Assembly (NCBI GenBank): GCA_051362555.1
Contig: CM120644.1
Span: 7,200,954-7,264,953 of the forward strand
DNA: 64,000 bases
Direction: 5' to 3'
From: Lingula anatina
Lineage: Eukaryota > Animalia > Brachiopoda
Shown piece by piece: positions 61,528-64,000 of this stretch. Position numbers and translations under genes: made by a program. The notes beneath the pieces were generated by a model. It was not told where the DNA came from, made no database searches, and saw only the letters and a program-made list of their open reading frames with translations. Numbering within the stretch: the first letter of the stretch is position 1; every line of letters begins with the position of its first letter.

Positions 61528-63427
61528 ACTTGGGGACAGTGTGAACGGGATCCTTGATAACGTTCTGATAGTGCCATAGTTTGTTAAGTAGTGGATTTTC
61601 AACAGCCTCATTACAAGTGCGTCTAATCTGTCTCCAAGCGTTCGCAGTGGATTCTACCTAGCAATGCTTAACAGCTAGCTGAGATAAGATTTACGTGAAA
61701 TTCCATAACGGCCTTCAAGGAAAATATTGTGAAATAATTCATTTATCAATCTGAGCGCCCATTCTTCGTATTCCTTGACTTGAGACGGCAATAATCTGCG
61801 AATCAGAGTGAACGTGATTCTGACGGTGATGATATGAAGTTTGAAAATGATATCGGTAATTTTAAGAACTTTGATTGAGACAATGGCATTGGGAGGCAAT
61901 AGTACGCATAGATTCACCACATGCTATTGACCTCTGTTAAGATTACCCCGCATTCCTGAAAGAAGTTTTAAATGTAAAGTATTATGTACTAAAATAATAA
62001 ATTTTGTACGTAGATTATCTTGGTCTGGCCAGAGAAAGTGAACTGTGTTCTGTTCGTAGTCAGACACTTGCCTTATCCCAAAACGAACATTTACGACGAC
62101 GTGCACATAAAAATTGCCATTATTTTTACATTCTTTCATCTACACACTGTAAACACAAGATATCGAGCGGCTCTGAAACGGTATTTCTACTTATGTATTA
62201 ATCTTTATTGGGTGAGAGAAAGTGATTTGTACTATGTTGGCGGGAGAAAGCACGCGCGGTTCTCAGATGTTACCACGCGCCGTGAAAGTATATCCCGAGA
62301 AACGTGGCGTTATTGCCCATAATTATTCCAGAATTAGATATACAGTAATATATGAGAGCAATAAACACCTCAAAGGACAAAGGCAACTTTCGATGAATTT
62401 GTTGAACTTTTACTTAAAATGATTTATTATCAACAAAGGCACCTTGCCTGTTCATAATGACCAAACAACTTGATAACAGGACCTAGCTTTCAAAACTTAT
62501 AGATACTTCTATTCAAATGCAAGGCAAAGAAACTTCTTTGCTGTACTTGTATAACTGTCCAATTTCAAATGGATACCATGACAAATTCCATTAGAAAATG
62601 CAAAAAACACAAATTAATACTTGAATGATATTACTATCTGAAAATGAGATAAGTATCTGCGGATACAACTTTGTATTACTTAAAAAATCACATATATAGT
62701 GTGTGTTTAGATAACTAGCTAGTATTACGTTCTTGGGGCTGCTTCAGCGTTTAAGCTATGACATAACACCATGAAATTTTAAGATGTTTCAATTAAAGGT
62801 TACGCACAGAAGGTTCTGAACGCTGTACAAATCTTAGAAGTGAATAGTACGTAGAATACGTGGCGTACCTTACTAATTTATTCAGATAGATTATAAAGAG
62901 CGCCTCACATTATTTTTACCTAAGCATGGTCTAAATATAACTGTTTTCACTACCAGTTTGGAAGTAGAAGCATGTTTGCAAGGGCAACTGATCAGAATAA
63001 CCTATGACCGAACCATTTGAAAAATAACTGTTATAGCCGTGCAACTTACTGTAGCATCCTCGTTACATACACTGTAATCGGGGACCTACAACTTTTGATC
63101 TACTTCCAGAACAAACATTTCGGTTTCGCTGGGTTGTTTAATAGTTTCTCCCAGTGAAACCTCTCTAAGGACAAGACCAGATTACAGAAAGAGACCCCAA
63201 TGAGATATCAAGTCTTAATGACTCAGAGAACTGGACACCGCGGGTCGCATTTTGATCATTTTTTTTTTTTCTAATTTTAAGTTGCAAACGCGAACAACAT
63301 GGAAAAACATAAACAATGAGAAATGTCAGGACCTGCCAAGCATTACGGATAAGCTCATAATTTGCCTGCGCGGAAAGGTCGTCGGCGTGCTTGGCCGATT
63401 TGTCAAGATAATAGGCCTAATGCTTGC

Positions 63428-63459
<32 letters not shown>

Positions 63460-64000
63460 GAGAGATTGGGGTCTTTAATGTGAAATATTTCAGATAGTAG
63501 AATTTATACTGCACAGTGCCACATGATTATAATTTTTCGTGTGATAATTGGATGATACAGTGTAAGCCTGCTACTATTATAATCCTTTTTTATACTAAGG
63601 GAAAGATGTTCTAAAAAAAAAAAGAACACTAGCTGTGGTATCTTAAATGGATCCGTTTCCAATTTCTTCTTGCCGATAAAAGAGTTTAGATTCCTTGAAT
63701 ATTAGAATTTTGAGAACATTCCATTAATATTGCACAGCTAGGTTCTACATCTAACCTTACCAATGACTTCCCTTACCACAGTTAAAGAATAATAAATGTT
63801 GTAAAAAGGAATATACATGTAGGTTGATATACTGTACTAGGTACTTCAATATGCTCTGTTAGATAGCACAGACAAAATCGCCCAAAAATTGAAGCCTCAC
63901 ACTTTTTTTAAATGCACAGACCAAACACAAGTATACAGATATATATATAGAATTTGAAAACATCGGTGAACTTGGTGAACCTTGAATTATTTTCATTGAG

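Noticed and set aside
57650-64000. Short ORFs upstream of the GPCR
   Set aside because: No domain motifs or consistent exon structure; AT-rich non-coding DNA with microsatellites and one MITE.

Overview
AT-rich, intron-containing animal genomic DNA, probably a marine invertebrate and plausibly a lophotrochozoan (inferred from the receptor type and repeat families). Left to right: (1) a tandem cluster of four minus-strand, 3-exon clan-2 cytochrome P450 genes; two carry a single in-frame TAG and one has a rewritten I-helix; (2) a 7-exon STK16 kinase (+); (3) three single-pass membrane genes with different ectodomains and tyrosine-motif-rich tails: a double-trefoil/mucin receptor split by a 2.16-kb TIR element, a frameshifted LRR receptor remnant, and a mucin-stalk adaptor-like gene; (4) an 11-coding-exon calcitonin/CGRP/DH31-type class B GPCR (-) with a Cys-rich N-terminal extension. 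Introns and spacers hold many MITEs, a decayed Harbinger, a dimeric tRNA-derived repeat, local duplications and minisatellites. The two most unusual signals are tandem duplications centred on splice junctions (including nine decoy copies of the STK16 exon 6 acceptor) and the cluster of phosphotyrosine-motif receptors. All gene models and coordinates were read by eye; no database searches were run.
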